From Mycobacteriales bacterium (GTDB lineage: Bacteria; Actinomycetota; Actinomycetes; BP-191), in contig DASVPJ010000042.1 of NCBI GenBank assembly GCA_036382875.1, positions 51,859 to 115,858 on the forward strand: DNA of 64,000 bases, in the 5' to 3' direction. The position numbers were made by a program, and so were the translations under genes. Within the stretch, counting starts at the first letter, position 1; every line of letters begins with the position of its first letter. The notes beneath the pieces are model-generated. The model saw only the letters and a program-made list of their open reading frames with translations, was not told the origin of the DNA and made no database searches. This document shows positions 9,046-18,178 of the stretch, one piece after another.

Positions 9046-9813
9046 GTGCGGGCCGCGCTGCTCACCCCCCGCCGCGTCGCGGCCGCGCTGGCGCTCGTCC
9101 TGGCCGGCGACGCGTTCCTGCTGTTCGGCGACACCGCGCGGCCGGTGTCCGTGGCGGCCGCCGTCGCGGCGTACCGGCACGGCGAGTACGCGACGTTCGC
9201 GCCGCTGCCCGCGTCCGGCGTGTACGTCTACGACACCACGGGCTACGAGCGGGTGGACCGGCTGTCGATCCGCCGCACGTACCCGGCGGTCACCACGCGG
9301 ACGATCCGCGCGGCGGCGTGCGGGATGCGAGAGACGGTCACCATCTTCCGCGAGCACGTCGAGCAGTACGGCGTCTGCCACGACGGGACCGACATCCGCG
9401 AGTGGGCGTTCGGGACGCGGCTGACGTACTACCGCGTCACGTCGGCCATGTGGCTCGAGTGCGGGCACGGGGGGACGCGGGTCGCGGGCGGCGCGCCGGC
9501 CGGGACGGTGGCGACGTACGAGTGCGCGGGCGACGGGACGTCCGCGACGGTGACCGTGACGGTGCTGGGCGACGGGCTGGTGCCGGTCGGCGACCTGGGC
9601 GAGGTGCCGTGCCGGCGGCTGGCCGTGCAGACCGTGCTGCGCGGCGCGAACGCCGGCGGCGCGACGCGCACGCTGTGCACCGACCCGCGGACCGGGCTGG
9701 TGCTGACGGAGGAACGCTCGGTCGGCGTGACGACGCGGAGCGCGTTCGTGGGCCGGGTGACCTACACCGAGCGGGCGGCGTTCCGGCTGCGGTCGCTGGT
9801 GCCGGAGACGTAG
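9046..9813 (+). CDS. Hypothetical secreted protein (signal peptide; Cys-containing)
   Basis: GTG start. N-terminal signal-like segment AAALALVLAGDAFLL. No recognised domain. Confidence 0.45.
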   Translation: MRAALLTPRRVAAALALVLAGDAFLLFGDTARPVSVAAAVAAYRHGEYATFAPLPASGVYVYDTTGYERVDRLSIRRTYPAVTTRTIRAAACGMRETVTIFREHVEQYGVCHDGTDIREWAFGTRLTYYRVTSAMWLECGHGGTRVAGGAPAGTVATYECAGDGTSATVTVTVLGDGLVPVGDLGEVPCRRLAVQTVLRGANAGGATRTLCTDPRTGLVLTEERSVGVTTRSAFVGRVTYTERAAFRLRSLVPET

Positions 9814-9817
9814 GGCG

Positions 9818-10717
9818 TCACCGCGGGCCGACCGGACGGCCCTTCCAGGTAGCGCGGCCGGGCCACCGCCGGACCGCGACCAGCAGCGCCTCGGCGAACG
9901 GCGCCGCCACCGCCGGCCACACCGGCGCCCGCGCGACGGCGCGGGCGGCGGCGCTCACCGCGACCTGCGCGGCGTAGCCGGCCGGCGTGCAGGCCGCCGC
10001 CAGCCACAGCGCCTCGCGCCACCCCGGGGGCACGGCGCCGCGCGAGCGGTGCAGCCCGCGCAGCGCGGCCGGCAGCGAGCCGTACATCGCCACCGTGAAC
10101 AGGTCCGGCCCGAGCACCGCGCTCGTCGCGTGCCGCGCCGCGACGGCGCGGGCCAGCGCGACGTCCTCGACGACGGCGTACGGCTCGTGGCCGGGGTACG
10201 CGTCGCGGCGGACGAGCAGGCACTGCCCGTTCGCGAACGGCGCCGGGTCGCGCCGCGCCAGCGACAGCCCGACCTCCGGCAGCAGCCACGCGGTCCCGGC
10301 CGTGGGGGTGGCGACGCGGCCGTACGCCGTCACCAGCGCCGCACCCGTGTCGTCGGCCTCGGCGAGCAGCCGGGACAGCGCGTCGGGCGCCACCGTCACG
10401 TCGGCGTCCACGAACCACAGCCACGCCGGCTTCCCGGCGGCCGCCGCGCCCGCCCGGCAGGCCGCCGCCTTCCCCACCTGACCCGGGCGCAACGGCGGCG
10501 CCGCCACCACCCGCGCCCCCGCCTCGCGCGCGACCCGGGCCGTCGCGTCCGACGACACGTCGTCCACCACGACGACCTCGCGCACGCCGGCCGCGAGGAG
10601 CGAACGGACGCAGCCGCCCACGTGGCGTTCCTCGTCCCGCGCCGGCACGACCGCGACGACGCCGGCGGTCACGAAACCGAGGGTGCGCGGCGCCCGCCGC
10701 CGCGCGAACCGCGCCAT
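9818..10717 (-). CDS. Glycosyltransferase family 2
   Basis: GT2 signature VVAVVPARDEERHVGGCVRSLL...VVVVDDVSSD...DADV. Start taken at the internal Met (MARFARRR...) rather than the ORF's upstream Met. Confidence 0.65.
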   Translation of the reverse strand: MARFARRRAPRTLGFVTAGVVAVVPARDEERHVGGCVRSLLAAGVREVVVVDDVSSDATARVAREAGARVVAAPPLRPGQVGKAAACRAGAAAAGKPAWLWFVDADVTVAPDALSRLLAEADDTGAALVTAYGRVATPTAGTAWLLPEVGLSLARRDPAPFANGQCLLVRRDAYPGHEPYAVVEDVALARAVAARHATSAVLGPDLFTVAMYGSLPAALRGLHRSRGAVPPGWREALWLAAACTPAGYAAQVAVSAAARAVARAPVWPAVAAPFAEALLVAVRRWPGRATWKGRPVGPR

Positions 10718-10780
10718 CCGCGACACGCCCCACGCGGTGACGGCGAGGGCGGCGACGTCGCGGCGCTGCACACTCGCAGC

Positions 10781-11392
10781 ATGGACGACCTCGACCGGTG
10801 GTGCGCGCTGCACGCGTTCGAACGCCACCGCGCCGGCCCGATCCTCCGCACGTACGTGCGCGCCACGTACGCGCTCGCCCGCCGGTTGCCGCCGTGGCCC
10901 GCGCTGGTCACCGCGGCGGGCGTCGCGCTCGCCGCTGCCTCCGTCTCCCTCTACGGCTCCGCGCCGGCGGCGGTCGCGATCCTGCTGTCCGGCGCCGCCG
11001 ACGGGCTCGACGGCGCGGTCGCGGCGGTGCGCGGCCGGGCGACGACGTTCGGCGCCGTCCTCGACTCCACCGCCGACCGGGTCGCCGACCTCGCGCTGCT
11101 GCTCGGCCCGGCGCTGCGCGTGCGGGACGCCCGGGCGGCGCTCGTCGCGGCCGGAGCGGGGACGTTCCTGCTGGAGTACGTCCGCGCCCGCTGCCAGGCG
11201 GTCGGCCTCACCACCCGCCAGCCGGTCACGCCCGCCGAGCGGCCGGTCCGCGTCGTCGCGGCGGCGGCGCTCGCGCTCAGCCCGGGGGCCTGGACGTGGG
11301 GCGGCTGGGCGCTCGCGGCGCTCACCGTCCTCAGCGCCGGGTGGCTCCTGACCGACGCCCGAGCCAGGTCCACCACAGCAGCGTCTGGGTGA
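10781..11392 (+). CDS. CDP-alcohol phosphatidyltransferase family membrane protein
   Basis: Motif DGLDGAVAAVRGRATTFGAVLDSTADRVAD fits D-x2-DG-x2-A(R)-x8-G-x3-D-x3-D. Multi-TM. Confidence 0.55.
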   Translation: MDDLDRWCALHAFERHRAGPILRTYVRATYALARRLPPWPALVTAAGVALAAASVSLYGSAPAAVAILLSGAADGLDGAVAAVRGRATTFGAVLDSTADRVADLALLLGPALRVRDARAALVAAGAGTFLLEYVRARCQAVGLTTRQPVTPAERPVRVVAAAALALSPGAWTWGGWALAALTVLSAGWLLTDARARSTTAASG

Positions 11393-11633
11393 CCATCGCC
11401 CACCCGAACGCCAGGTCCTCGACCGGCGCGCACGCGACCCGCGGCCCGAGCGTGGTCCGGTAGTCCGTCACGATGCCGCGGCAGGTCAGCACGCCGTTGA
11501 CGAGGAGCTGGAACGCCACCACGACGGCGTAGGCGACCCAGTACGCCCGCCGGCGCAGCAGGCCGGTCCGCAGCACCGCCTCGAGGCCGACGGTCGCGAG
11601 CAGGCCGAGGGCGGCGAGTGCGGGGTAGCTCAC
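11331..11633 (-). CDS. crtYd: Lycopene cyclase domain protein (heterodimeric lycopene beta-cyclase subunit)
   Basis: About 100-aa membrane protein adjacent to crtYc. Its GTG start overlaps the crtYc stop. Confidence 0.65.
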   Translation of the reverse strand: MSYPALAALGLLATVGLEAVLRTGLLRRRAYWVAYAVVVAFQLLVNGVLTCRGIVTDYRTTLGPRVACAPVEDLAFGWAMVTQTLLWWTWLGRRSGATRR

Positions 11634-11941
11634 TCGCCGTCCCCCAGCACCCGGCGCACCGCCTCGTACGTCAGCAGCGCGCACGTCGGGACCACGACGA
11701 AGAACGCCACCTCCTCCAGCGGCAGGTTCGCGACCGCGACGCCGAGCGTCTGCGCGGGGTCGTAGCGCCAGTGCCGCCGCGCGACGGCGTAGACGTCCCA
11801 GGCGCCGAACGCCACCACCACCGGCAGCAGCGACAGCAGCCACCGCCGCGGCCGCCGGTACACCCGCGCGCGGAACACGAGCTCCAGCGGCAGCGTCACC
11901 GCGACGCAGGCCGCGAGCAGCAGGGCGTAGGACGCTCGCAC
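11630..11941 (-). CDS. crtYc: Lycopene cyclase domain protein (heterodimeric lycopene beta-cyclase subunit)
   Basis: 103-aa membrane protein, MRASYALLLAACVAVTLPLELVFRARVYRR..., typical of actinobacterial CrtYc. Confidence 0.7.
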   Translation of the reverse strand: MRASYALLLAACVAVTLPLELVFRARVYRRPRRWLLSLLPVVVAFGAWDVYAVARRHWRYDPAQTLGVAVANLPLEEVAFFVVVPTCALLTYEAVRRVLGDGE

Positions 11942-11976
11942 GGCCGGTCACGCTAGCCGTAGGTAGAGTCGGCCGC

Positions 11977-12882
11977 GTGACGCCCACCCGCCGCGCCCTG
12001 CTCCGCGCCGCCCTCGCCACGCCGCTGCTCGCCGCCTGCGCCGGCAAGGACAAGCCGAAGGCCGAGCCCACGTCCTCGGCCAACCTGGCGCTCGAGAACG
12101 TCGGCCAGCACGCCGCCCCGGGCCTGCAGATCGGCGAGGCCGAGGCGGAGGTCGTGGCGGGCCAGGCGCGGTACGCGTTCGGGCTCATCGGCCCGGACGG
12201 ACCGCTCGCCGGCGCCACGGTCAAGGTCTACCTGGGCCGCGAGGCGACCGCGCCGCCGGAGGCCACCGTCGACGCGCGCGAGCTGGAGGACGAGGGGCTC
12301 GCCGACCGCGGGCTGTACGCGGCGACGCTGCCGTTCCCGGCGCCCGGCAAGTACCTGCTGGCCATCGTCGCGGAGACGCCGAACGGCGCGTTCAAGGGCG
12401 GCATCGCGGTCGACGTGCTCGCGACGTCGAAGTCGCCGATCCCCGGCCAGAAGGCGGTGTCGGTCAAGACGCCGACGACGAAGGACCCGGCGGGCGCGAG
12501 CCCGCTCTGCTCCCGCCGCCCGAACGCCTGCTCCATGCACGCGATCTCGCTCGACGCGGCCATCGCATCGGGGAAGCCGACGGTCGTGGTGTTCGCGGCG
12601 CCGGCGTTCTGCCAGACCGAGCTGTGCGGGCCGGACGTGGACATCCTGGAGAAGGTCGCGCGGCGGCACGCCGGGAAGGCGAACTTCGTCCACGTCGAGG
12701 CCTACGTCGGCGCCACCACGCCGACCAACGGCAAGCTCGCGCCGGCGCTCAAGGCGTACCGGTTCGACTCCGAGCCGTGGCTGTACTTCATCGACGCGAA
12801 GGGCATCGTGAGCGACCGCATCTCGGCGGCGTTCGTGACCTCAGAGGTCGAGGAGCGGCTCGCGAAGCTCGGCGTCGCGTAG
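11977..12882 (+). CDS. Tat-signal lipoprotein with a thioredoxin-like/TlpA-like domain
   Basis: N-terminus [20 protein letters not shown] has a twin-arginine motif plus a lipobox Cys. A FCQTELC motif is present. Confidence 0.5.
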   Translation: MTPTRRALLRAALATPLLAACAGKDKPKAEPTSSANLALENVGQHAAPGLQIGEAEAEVVAGQARYAFGLIGPDGPLAGATVKVYLGREATAPPEATVDARELEDEGLADRGLYAATLPFPAPGKYLLAIVAETPNGAFKGGIAVDVLATSKSPIPGQKAVSVKTPTTKDPAGASPLCSRRPNACSMHAISLDAAIASGKPTVVVFAAPAFCQTELCGPDVDILEKVARRHAGKANFVHVEAYVGATTPTNGKLAPALKAYRFDSEPWLYFIDAKGIVSDRISAAFVTSEVEERLAKLGVA

Positions 12883-13500
12883 CCGCTCCGACAGCGCGCG
12901 CGCGGCCGCGGCCGGGTCGGCCGCCTCGGTCAGCGCGCGCACCACGACGACCCGCCGGGCGCCGCGGCGCAGCACCTCGTCGAGGTTCGTCGCGTCGATG
13001 CCGCCGATCGCGAACCACGGCCGCGGCGTCCGCAACGACGCCACGTGGTCCACCAGCTCGGGCCCGGCGGCCGGGCGGCCCGGCTTGGTCGGCGTCGCCC
13101 ACATCGGCCCCGCGCAGAAGTAGTCCACGCCCTCCGCCGTCGCCGCGGCGGCGACCTGCGCCGGCGAGTGCGACGACAGCCCGACCAGCGTCTCGTCGCC
13201 GACCACGTCGCGCGCCACGCCCACCGGCAGGTCGCCCTGGCCGAGGTGCAGCACGTCGGCGCCGACCGCGCGCGCGACGTCGGCGCGGTCGTTGACGGCG
13301 AACAGCTTCCCGTGCGCCCGCGCCCGCTCGCGCATGACGGTCAGCAGCTCGATCTCCTCGCGCGCCTCGATGCCCTTCTCGCGGAGCTGCACGACGTCGA
13401 CGCCGTTCGGCAGCACCGCGTCGAGGAACTCGGCGAGGTCCGGCCGCCGGCCGACGCACAGGTACAGCCGGGCGTCCGCCAGCGCCGCCCGCCTATCCAC
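12841..13500 (-). CDS. thiE: Thiamine-phosphate synthase
   Basis: 219-aa protein with typical ThiE sequence ([35 protein letters not shown]). Confidence 0.8.
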   Translation of the reverse strand: MDRRAALADARLYLCVGRRPDLAEFLDAVLPNGVDVVQLREKGIEAREEIELLTVMRERARAHGKLFAVNDRADVARAVGADVLHLGQGDLPVGVARDVVGDETLVGLSSHSPAQVAAAATAEGVDYFCAGPMWATPTKPGRPAAGPELVDHVASLRTPRPWFAIGGIDATNLDEVLRRGARRVVVVRALTEAADPAAAARALSERLRDAELREPLLDL

Positions 13501-13693
13501 CCGCCACCGCCCGGACGATCTCCAGCACGTCGCCGTCGGCGAGCGTGGTCCGCTCGGTCTCCGACCGCAGCAGCGCGACGCCGTTGCGCTCGACCACGAC
13601 CCACCCGGCGCCGAGGCCGAGGTCGGCGAGCAGCGCCGGCAACGTCGTGCCGTCGGGCAGGTCGCGGTCGGCGCCGTTCACGCGGACCCGCAT
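13493..13693 (-). CDS. thiS: Sulfur carrier protein ThiS
   Basis: 66 aa, MRVRVNG...[12 protein letters not shown] with a C-terminal Gly-Gly. Overlaps the thiE start. Confidence 0.75.
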   Translation of the reverse strand: MRVRVNGADRDLPDGTTLPALLADLGLGAGWVVVERNGVALLRSETERTTLADGDVLEIVRAVAGG

Positions 13694-14142
13694 CAGTACC
13701 GGCCGCCGAGCTTCGCGTGGTCCCACGACACGACCCGCTCCGGCACGAACCGCAGGCCGACGAAGCCCGCCACGCCCCGCGCGCGCGCCGCCTCGCGCCC
13801 GGCGGGCACGTCCTCCGGTCGCACGCCCAGGTACTTCACGGCGAGCGCCGCGCCGAGGTCGAGCAGCTCCTCCACGCCGTCGAACGTCTCCACCCGGCCG
13901 GTGAGCTGCACGCCGCGCATGTCGGCGTACGCCTCGCCGCCCTCCACGAGCACGGCGGCGCGCGGGTCGCGGCGCAGGTTCACCGCCTTCTGCGACTTGG
14001 CGAACGTCCGCATGAGCAGCTCGCCGCCGTCGGCGACGACGTACCACATGGGCAGCGGGTCGGGGACGCCGTCCGGCCCGCTCGTGGCCAGCACCGCGAC
14101 GCGGCCGTTCGCGAGGAACTCCCGGACCTCGGCGTCCGTCAT
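13693..14142 (-). CDS. PPOX-class (pyridoxamine 5'-phosphate oxidase-like) probable F420-dependent oxidoreductase
   Basis: 149 aa, MTDAEVREFLANGRVAVLATSGPDGVPDPLPMWYV..., a hallmark PPOX split-barrel N-terminus. Confidence 0.6.
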   Translation of the reverse strand: MTDAEVREFLANGRVAVLATSGPDGVPDPLPMWYVVADGGELLMRTFAKSQKAVNLRRDPRAAVLVEGGEAYADMRGVQLTGRVETFDGVEELLDLGAALAVKYLGVRPEDVPAGREAARARGVAGFVGLRFVPERVVSWDHAKLGGRY

Positions 14143-14171
14143 CACGATCTCGGGTCGGCGGTTCGGCACGG

Positions 14172-14522
14172 TCAGAAGCCCAGCGCCTGCGCCCGGCGCT
14201 TCACCTCGGTGCCGCGGTTCTCTCGCAGCGCCTCGATCGGCGAGCCCGGCAGGTCGTCGTCGGTGAACAGCCAGCCGATCGCCTCGGCGTCGCCGTAGCC
14301 GTTGTCGCGCAGCAGCGTGATGACGCCCGGCAGGTGCTTCACGATCGCGCCGTCCTGCACGAACGCCGCCGGGATCGTCAGCGGCGCGTCGTCGCCCCGC
14401 CGGATCGCGAGCAGCTTCCCCTCGCGCAGGTGCTGGCGCACCTTCGTCACCTCGACGCCGAGCGCCTCGGCGACGTCGGGCACGGTCGCCCACTCGATCG
14501 CCAGCGCCGTGATGTCGGCCAC
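14172..14522 (-). CDS. Rv2175c-family DNA-binding protein
   Basis: VADITALAIEWATVPDVAEALGVEVTKVRQHLREGKLLAIRRGD... resembles M. tuberculosis Rv2175c. GTG start with a GAGGAG RBS. Confidence 0.6.
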   Translation of the reverse strand: MADITALAIEWATVPDVAEALGVEVTKVRQHLREGKLLAIRRGDDAPLTIPAAFVQDGAIVKHLPGVITLLRDNGYGDAEAIGWLFTDDDLPGSPIEALRENRGTEVKRRAQALGF

Positions 14523-14561
14523 GTCCGCCCTCCTCGTTCCTCCCCTACTAGTCTGCCGCGC

Positions 14562-15089
14562 ATGTACTCCGGCTCGCTCGTCCGGCTGCGCGCGCCGGAG
14601 CCGCGCGACGTGCCGGACCTGCACCGCTGGTCGAACGACCCGGCCGTCGCCTCGCTCGCCGGCGTCCGCTACCCGGTGCCGCTCGGGGCGGAGAGCGACT
14701 GGGTCGAGCGGGCGGGCGTGGGCTCGTACGCCAACTGCCAGTTCGCCGTGGAGACCCTCGACGGCGGCGTGCTGCTCGGCACCTGCTGGCTGTCGGAGAC
14801 GGCGTTGCCGGAGAACCGCTGCGCGCAGCTCGGCATCTTCCTCGGCGACCCCGCGCGGCACGGCCGCGGCTACGGCACCGACACGGTGCGGACGCTGTGC
14901 CGCTTCGGGTTCGACGAGATGAACCTGCACCGCATCGAGCTGCTGGTGTTCGCCCACCACGCCGCCGCGCGGCGGGTGTACGAGAAGGCCGGCTTCGTCG
15001 AGGAGGCGTACTCGCGCGAGGCGCACTGGGGCGACGGCGCGTGGTGGGACGACGTGCTGATGTCCCTGCTCGAGGGCGAGCTGCGGTGA
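14562..15089 (+). CDS. GNAT family N-acetyltransferase (RimJ/RimL-like), paralog 1 of 4
   Basis: Acetyl-CoA-binding motif RHGRGYGT. The N-terminal motif RLRAPEPRDVPDLHRWSNDP is conserved among the four paralogs. Confidence 0.75.
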   Translation: MYSGSLVRLRAPEPRDVPDLHRWSNDPAVASLAGVRYPVPLGAESDWVERAGVGSYANCQFAVETLDGGVLLGTCWLSETALPENRCAQLGIFLGDPARHGRGYGTDTVRTLCRFGFDEMNLHRIELLVFAHHAAARRVYEKAGFVEEAYSREAHWGDGAWWDDVLMSLLEGELR

Positions 15090-15604
15090 ACGGCGCCCTC
15101 GTCCGGCTGCGCCCGATGGAGCCGGCCGACGCCGAGGCGCAGCACCGCTGGCGCAACGACCCGGACGTGACGGTGTGGACCGGCTGGCGCTACCCGATCG
15201 CGCGGGCGGCGATCGCGCAGCGGATCGTCGGGCCGATGTCGTTCGCGAACCCGCGGTTCTCCGTCGAGCGCCTCGACACCGGCGAGCTGGTCGGCTACAC
15301 CGCGCTGCGCGACGTCACGCCCGAGTCGCGCAACGGCGAGCTCGACCTGGTGATCGGCGAGCGTTCGGCGTGGGGGCAGGGCTTCGGCACGGACACGGCG
15401 CGGACGATCTGCGCGTACGCGTTCGAGCGGATCGGGCTGCACCGCGTGCAGCTCTGGGTCGTCGCGTCGCACGCGCCGGCGATCCGGGCGTACGAGAAGG
15501 CCGGCTTCGTGCCCGAGGGCGTGGCGCGGCAGCGGTTCTACAAGCGCGGCGCCTGGCACGACGCGCTGCTGATGGCCCGGCTGGCGCCGGGACCGCGCCC
15601 GTGA
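15086..15604 (+). CDS. GNAT family N-acetyltransferase, paralog 2 of 4
   Basis: GTGA overlap with the previous gene. RLRPMEPADAEAQHRWRNDP...WGQGFGT. Confidence 0.75.
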   Translation: MNGALVRLRPMEPADAEAQHRWRNDPDVTVWTGWRYPIARAAIAQRIVGPMSFANPRFSVERLDTGELVGYTALRDVTPESRNGELDLVIGERSAWGQGFGTDTARTICAYAFERIGLHRVQLWVVASHAPAIRAYEKAGFVPEGVARQRFYKRGAWHDALLMARLAPGPRP

Positions 15605-16110
15605 TCGCCGGGTCGCTCGTCGCGCTGCGCGAGCGCCGCCCGGCGGACGTGCCGGTCGCGCGCGCGTGGTTCGCCGACCCCGAGGCGATGCGCTGGACGC
15701 TGCGGACCTACCCCGGCGGCGAGTACGACGTGCCGCGCGAGCCGCTCGGCTGGGGCACCGTCCCGCTGACCGTCGTGGACCTCGCGTCGGGCACGCCGAT
15801 CGGGCACTGCGGGCTCGGCGAGATGTCCGCCGAGCACCGCCGGGCGCTGGCCTGGCTCACCATCGGCGAGGCGGCGTACCGCGGCCGCGGCTACGGCACC
15901 GACGCGATGCGCACCCTGTGCCGGTGGGCGTTCGACAGCGTGAACCTCGCCAAGGTGGAGCTCGAGGTGATCGCCGACAACGCCGCCGCCGTCGCGGTCT
16001 ACGAGCGCGTCGGCTTCGTCCGCGAGGTCGTGCGGCGGCGGGCGCTGTGGGTGGACGGCGCGTGGCGCGACGAGTACCTCATGGGCCTGTTCCCCGAGGA
16101 GCTGCGGTGA
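15601..16110 (+). CDS. GNAT family N-acetyltransferase, paralog 3 of 4
   Basis: GTGA overlap. ALRERRPADVPVARAWFADP...RGRGYGT. Confidence 0.75.
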   Translation: MIAGSLVALRERRPADVPVARAWFADPEAMRWTLRTYPGGEYDVPREPLGWGTVPLTVVDLASGTPIGHCGLGEMSAEHRRALAWLTIGEAAYRGRGYGTDAMRTLCRWAFDSVNLAKVELEVIADNAAAVAVYERVGFVREVVRRRALWVDGAWRDEYLMGLFPEELR

Positions 16111-16613
16111 CCGTCGTGCTGCGGGCGCGCGAGCCCGCCGACGCGGCGCTGCTGGCGTCGTGGTTCGGCGACGCGGAGACGATGCGCTGGTGGGACCGCG
16201 TGTACCCGCCGCTGCCCGCCGAGGTCATGGCGGAGCGCATCGCGGCGGAGCCGCCGGTGGGGTTCGGCTCGCTGTCGTTCATGGTCGACGCGGGCCGCGA
16301 GACGGTCGGCTGGGGCGGGCTGCACCACCCGTCGCCGGAGCACCGGCACTGCGGGCTCGGCGTGCTGGTCGGGCCGGGGCACCGCGGCCGCGGCCACGGC
16401 GAGGCGGCGACGCGGGCGCTGTGCCGGTTCGCGTTCGACCGGATGAACCTGGTCCGGGTGTCGCTCACGGTCTTCCCCGGCAACGACGTCGCGCGGCGGG
16501 TCTACGAACGCGTCGGCTTCGTCGAGGAGGGCGTGCAGCGGCGGGCGTTCTGGAAGCGCGGCGAGTGGCACGACCTCGTGCACATGGCGGCGTTCCCGGA
16601 CACGCTGCGCTAG
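16107..16613 (+). CDS. GNAT family N-acetyltransferase, paralog 4 of 4
   Basis: GTGA overlap. [22 protein letters not shown]...RGRGHGE. Confidence 0.75.
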   Translation: MTVVLRAREPADAALLASWFGDAETMRWWDRVYPPLPAEVMAERIAAEPPVGFGSLSFMVDAGRETVGWGGLHHPSPEHRHCGLGVLVGPGHRGRGHGEAATRALCRFAFDRMNLVRVSLTVFPGNDVARRVYERVGFVEEGVQRRAFWKRGEWHDLVHMAAFPDTLR

Positions 16614-17593
16614 ATCGCCACCGGGGTGCCGGTGGCCGCCGACTCGAACGCCGCGTCCAGCACCTGCGCGGTGGCCCGCGACTCGGCAAGCGGCAGCACC
16701 CAGGCGTCGCGCCCCTCGGCGGCGGCGGAGACGTTCTCGACCATCAGCCGGTACGCGTTCGCCGGCGCGATCCGCTCCGTGCCGCGCGAGACGGCCAGCT
16801 CGGTCTCCTCGCCGTCCCACGCGGTGAACGGGTGCCCGCGCAGCTCCAGCTCGCCGCGGGCGCCGACCACGACGAGCCACTGCCGCGGCTCCTCGGCGAT
16901 CGACGCGCGGACGTCGGCCGCGCCCCCGTCGAACGCGATCGTCACCGTCGCGGTGCGGTCGACGCCGGTGGGCCCGAGCTCGCACGTCGCGGTGACCTCG
17001 CGCGGCGGCGTGCCGAACGCCCACAGGGCGGCCGACACGGCGTAGCAGCCGACGTCGTAGAGCGCGCCGCCGCCCTTCGCCGGGTCGAGGCGGTAGTTGC
17101 CGTCCGCGACGCCGGCGAACGTGAAGCCGGCCGAGACGTAGCGCGCCGCGCCGACCGCGTCGACCTCGTGCAGCAGCCGGTGCGCGAGCCGGACCCGCGG
17201 GTGCCAGCGGTACCACGACGCCTCCACCAGCAGCCGGTCGTTGGCGACCGCGGCCTTCGCCATCTCGTCGACCTCCGCGACGGACAGCGCGAGCGGCTTC
17301 TCGCAGAGCACGTGCTTGCCGGCCTCCAGCGCGGCGATGGCGTACGGCGCGTGGGCGTCGTTGGCGAGCGCGACGTAGACCGCGTCGACGTCGTCGTCGG
17401 CGAGCAGCGCCTCGTAGTTCGGGTGCGCGACCGCGGCGCCGAAGTCGTCGCGGGCCGCGCGGGTGCGCGACGGGTCGCGGCTCGCGACGGCGTGCAGCGC
17501 CGCGCCGTCCGCCGTCGCGATCGCGTGCAGCATCGCGTTGCGCGCGATCATCCCGGCGCCGAGGACGCCCCACCGTACGGTCACGGGCGTCAC
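16610..17593 (-). CDS. Gfo/Idh/MocA family oxidoreductase
   Basis: N-terminal Rossmann fold [12 protein letters not shown]...EKPLALS. Confidence 0.75.
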   Translation of the reverse strand: MTPVTVRWGVLGAGMIARNAMLHAIATADGAALHAVASRDPSRTRAARDDFGAAVAHPNYEALLADDDVDAVYVALANDAHAPYAIAALEAGKHVLCEKPLALSVAEVDEMAKAAVANDRLLVEASWYRWHPRVRLAHRLLHEVDAVGAARYVSAGFTFAGVADGNYRLDPAKGGGALYDVGCYAVSAALWAFGTPPREVTATCELGPTGVDRTATVTIAFDGGAADVRASIAEEPRQWLVVVGARGELELRGHPFTAWDGEETELAVSRGTERIAPANAYRLMVENVSAAAEGRDAWVLPLAESRATAQVLDAAFESAATGTPVAI

Positions 17594-17650
17594 CCTAGGC
17601 GGGCGCGGCGACGCGCCGCGGCGCGCGACGCTGGCGCACGCGCGCCAGGG

Positions 17651-18178
17651 TCACGTCTGGGTCCGCAGCCACTCCTCGTACGCCGCCTCGTTGTCCCGCT
17701 CCTCGTCCAGCCGGCGGTGCACCACGTCCCACAGCGCGACGGTCCGCCACTCGCGGAACGCCCGCCGCGCGGCCAGCAGCATGATCGCCGCGCCCGCGAC
17801 GACGAGCAGCGCGACCGGCCCGAGGTACGCCGCCTGCGCCGCGTTCGACGGCGCGCCCAGCGCGAGCAGCGGCAGCACGACGCCGACGCCGAACACCAGC
17901 CCGACCAGCGCGAACACCGCCGGGATCTCGCGCGGGAACCGCTCGGCCTGCCGGCGGTCGTCCAGCACGCGCAGCTCCCACAGCGCCTCGTACGCCCGCT
18001 CGTGCAGCCCGGACGTGTGGGCGATCGACCACGAGCGTTGCAGCCGGTCGAGCGCGCTCGCGGCGTCGCGCCAGTCCGCGATGTAGGAGGAGAGGCGGAC
18101 CAGCAGGAACGCGCCGAGGAAGCCGACGAGGCTCGCGGTGACCTGCGCGAGGCTCGAGTAGAACCACTCCGGGCTCAT
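17651..18178 (-). CDS. Hypothetical membrane protein (175 aa)
   Basis: The ATG overlaps the thiH stop (ATGA). Two or three predicted TM segments. Confidence 0.45.
   Translation of the reverse strand: MSPEWFYSSLAQVTASLVGFLGAFLLVRLSSYIADWRDAASALDRLQRSWSIAHTSGLHERAYEALWELRVLDDRRQAERFPREIPAVFALVGLVFGVGVVLPLLALGAPSNAAQAAYLGPVALLVVAGAAIMLLAARRAFREWRTVALWDVVHRRLDEERDNEAAYEEWLRTQT

Noticed and set aside
9046-9813. Secreted hypothetical in the crt cluster as the CruF carotenoid 1',2'-hydratase
   Set aside because: CruF proteins are polytopic membrane proteins. This ORF has only an N-terminal signal-like segment and a soluble body.
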